NCBI GenBank assembly: GCA_902551695.1
Contig: CACDEI010000004.1
Span: forward strand, 1-56,006
Reading direction: 5' to 3'
Length of the DNA stretch: 56,006 nucleotides
DNA from: an uncultured Pseudomonadota bacterium
Lineage (GTDB): Bacteria; Pseudomonadota; Gammaproteobacteria; Ga0077536
Shown: positions 54,643-56,006 of the stretch, piece after piece
How positions within the stretch are numbered: the first letter of the stretch is position 1
How the letters are laid out: every line of letters begins with the position of its first letter
Translations under genes and position numbers: made by a program
The notes under the pieces: model-generated
What the model saw: only the letters and a program-made list of their open reading frames with translations
Databases searched by the model: none
What the model was told of the DNA's origin: nothing

Positions 54643-54665
54643 TTTTTACACCATTTTACACCAAA
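54643..54665 (+). repeat. direct-repeat copy A: TTTTTACACCA-T-TTTACACCAAA (two TTTACACCA units 10 nt apart)
   Basis: Read directly. Matches copy B at 55955-55980 in 11 + 11 nt. Confidence 0.7.
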
Positions 54666-54825
54666 CAGCTGATTTATAATCTATAAAAGTAGGGTTGAAT
54701 CAACCTTGTTTTGAACAATAACAAGGTATTGTGAAGGAATAAAATTTGATTTTTAGAGAAGATGATATCCCAAAATCTGACTAACCCCTCAAAACCTTCC
54801 TCCCCTCAGCGTCCTGTGATAAAAC

Positions 54826-54849
54826 TTAGACGATGTAAATCTCGTCTAA
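54826..54849 (-). terminator. candidate intrinsic terminator of the transglutaminase-like gene
   Basis: The minus strand reads TTAGACGA-GATTTACA-TCGTCTAA followed by GTTTTAT. 8-bp stem with only 3 GC pairs, 8-nt loop, about 85 nt after the stop at 54935. Confidence 0.35.
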
Positions 54850-54934
54850 AACCATAGTGATTCCTCTCCTAATCTATCCATCCTATATGAAAATTCACTT
54901 AAACATTCTTATCCTATTCATAAAAGACACTAAT

Positions 54935-55783
54935 TTATTGGAGAATAGGCTTTTCATCCGTTATCGCATCTACCAAATTTCCGTCGACATAATAAGTTGC
55001 GTTTGCATATGTTGCCGGGGAGGTATATACCCCCGTTGGAAAAAGTTTCAAATAGCCGCTAATTTTTAAATCTTTTAAGACCTGCTCGGGATAGTACTGA
55101 TTCCAATACTGGAAAGAATGTTGCAACAGCGCCATAGAAGGAGAAAAAACTCCATTATTTTTGATTCCTTTCTCGCTTTCGATTATTTCATTCAAACTTA
55201 AAACCCGCCCTCCAACAGTTCCATCTTCGGTATAAAACCCATTAAATGAGATGTCGTACATGTGCCAAGCTCCTTGGTACCAAACCTCTGCAACAACATG
55301 CCCTAAATAAGAGCCATAGATATTCGCCAAACCAACTCGCCTTATAGGTAGACCAAACCTTTTTGCCAGTTCTTGAAATACTAAAACAAACTGCCCACAT
55401 GCGGGATTTTGTAATTTCATTATCTCTTCCGGTACTAGGGTACTTTGTAAAGGCGCACTGGCATCGAAAAGCGGAAACAAGTTAAATTCTTTATGTATCT
55501 GCTCAATTATAGCGATCGACACTGCGTGACCATTTTCCTTAATCGCTTTTTTGAAATCTCTAAAATCTCCACCCTTAATCGCGGTGAAATATTTCTGATC
55601 ACTCAACCAAGATTGGACTCTTTTCTCGACCGCATCTAATCTAGCAGATCCAGAACTTGAACTTTCCTCAATAACGCTATCATTTTTAATGTCCCCCTCG
55701 GAAATGGTGCCATATAGCAGAAACCCACATAGAGTAATAACCACTCCGCTCATGAATCCAAAAAAAGTAGTGCTCTTTACCAT
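54935..55783 (-). CDS. membrane-anchored transglutaminase-like cysteine protease superfamily protein
   Basis: N-terminal TM FFGFMSGVVITLCGFLLYG. Cys-His-Asp arrangement PACGQFVLVFQELAKRFGLPIRRV ... GHVVAEVWYQGAWHMYD is typical of the transglutaminase core. Confidence 0.65.
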   Translation of the reverse strand: MVKSTTFFGFMSGVVITLCGFLLYGTISEGDIKNDSVIEESSSSGSARLDAVEKRVQSWLSDQKYFTAIKGGDFRDFKKAIKENGHAVSIAIIEQIHKEFNLFPLFDASAPLQSTLVPEEIMKLQNPACGQFVLVFQELAKRFGLPIRRVGLANIYGSYLGHVVAEVWYQGAWHMYDISFNGFYTEDGTVGGRVLSLNEIIESEKGIKNNGVFSPSMALLQHSFQYWNQYYPEQVLKDLKISGYLKLFPTGVYTSPATYANATYYVDGNLVDAITDEKPILQ

Positions 55784-55954
55784 TACTAAATAGCCTCGCG
55801 GTTAAAATTAAACTCCGTCATCATAACTCTGTTTGTATTTTTAATTAAGAAAAACCCAACAAAAAAGTATCTACTCAAAACCTTTCCATAACGATTGTAA
55901 GGGCGCAACGATAGTGTCCCTCAATCCACTCTCAATAACTCGCTTTTTAGTGTC

Positions 55955-55980
55955 TTTTTTACACCAGACTTTACACCAAA
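55955..55980 (+). repeat. direct-repeat copy B: TTTTTTACACCA-GAC-TTTACACCAAA (two TTTACACCA units 12 nt apart)
   Basis: Read directly. Lies about 175 nt upstream (in gene sense) of the transglutaminase-like start codon. Confidence 0.7.
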
Positions 55981-56006
55981 GAAAGGATAAGTGGTTGTTT
56001 TTGCTA

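Noticed and set aside
54703-54727. 8-bp hairpin ACCTTGTT-N9-AACAAGGT in the tRNA-proximal spacer
   Set aside because: The inverted repeat is real, but neither strand has a U-tract and there is no adjacent gene end. Its function cannot be determined from sequence alone.
1-56006. Scan for CRISPR arrays, integrases or transposases, toxin-antitoxin pairs, restriction-modification, reverse transcriptases and rRNA genes
   Set aside because: None was recognised in any ORF translation or in the intergenic sequence. tRNA-Phe is the only RNA gene I can support.

Overview
56-kb chromosomal segment from an AT-rich genome (about 40% GC by hand counts on sampled 60-nt lines). It is tightly packed and most likely from a marine gammaproteobacterium, judged from the Pseudomonas-like fimU-pilVWXY1-pilE order, mutY-yggX-tRNA-Phe synteny, DksA, AsmA and RsmE. 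About 50 protein genes and one tRNA are supported.

Left to right:
- a 5'-truncated alkB with a small HCxxC membrane protein, a Met/His-rich outer-membrane barrel broken by an in-frame TAA, an LLM monooxygenase + methyltransferase pair, a PCu(A)C copper chaperone, a MATE pump and yqjG
- an AT-rich block of orphan exported proteins, a 3TM + cyclic-nucleotide-binding protein and a 15-repeat LRR protein
- a complete type IVa minor-pilin operon (fimU-pilV-pilW-pilX-pilY1-small ORF-pilE)
- chaC plus an RNase H-like ORF, divergent from ugpQ-glpK and a fused 5-oxoprolinase
- a cupin/crotonase/FkbM operon facing a CmcJ-like oxygenase
- gltA-maoC, and a GST-like gene divergent from a FAD monooxygenase
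- an RND pump pair with no outer-membrane factor, and two monoheme c4-like cytochromes
- a DksA with a lysine-rich tail and a degenerate zinc finger
- addBA, terB, rsmE, argH, an asmA-family gene, an SRPBCC gene, mutY, yggX and tRNA-Phe
- an AT-rich tail holding a transglutaminase-like gene bracketed by TTTACACCA tandem direct repeats

I saw no CRISPR array, integrase, transposase, toxin-antitoxin pair or restriction system. No single obvious novel system stands out. The best leads are the orphan TM-cNMP-binding protein beside the LRR protein, the atypical DksA, the interrupted barrel gene in a copper-flavoured locus, the chaC/5-oxoprolinase arrangement, the cryptic tailoring-enzyme cluster and the repeat-bracketed gene next to tRNA-Phe. 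All family assignments come from motif recognition by eye, with no database search.
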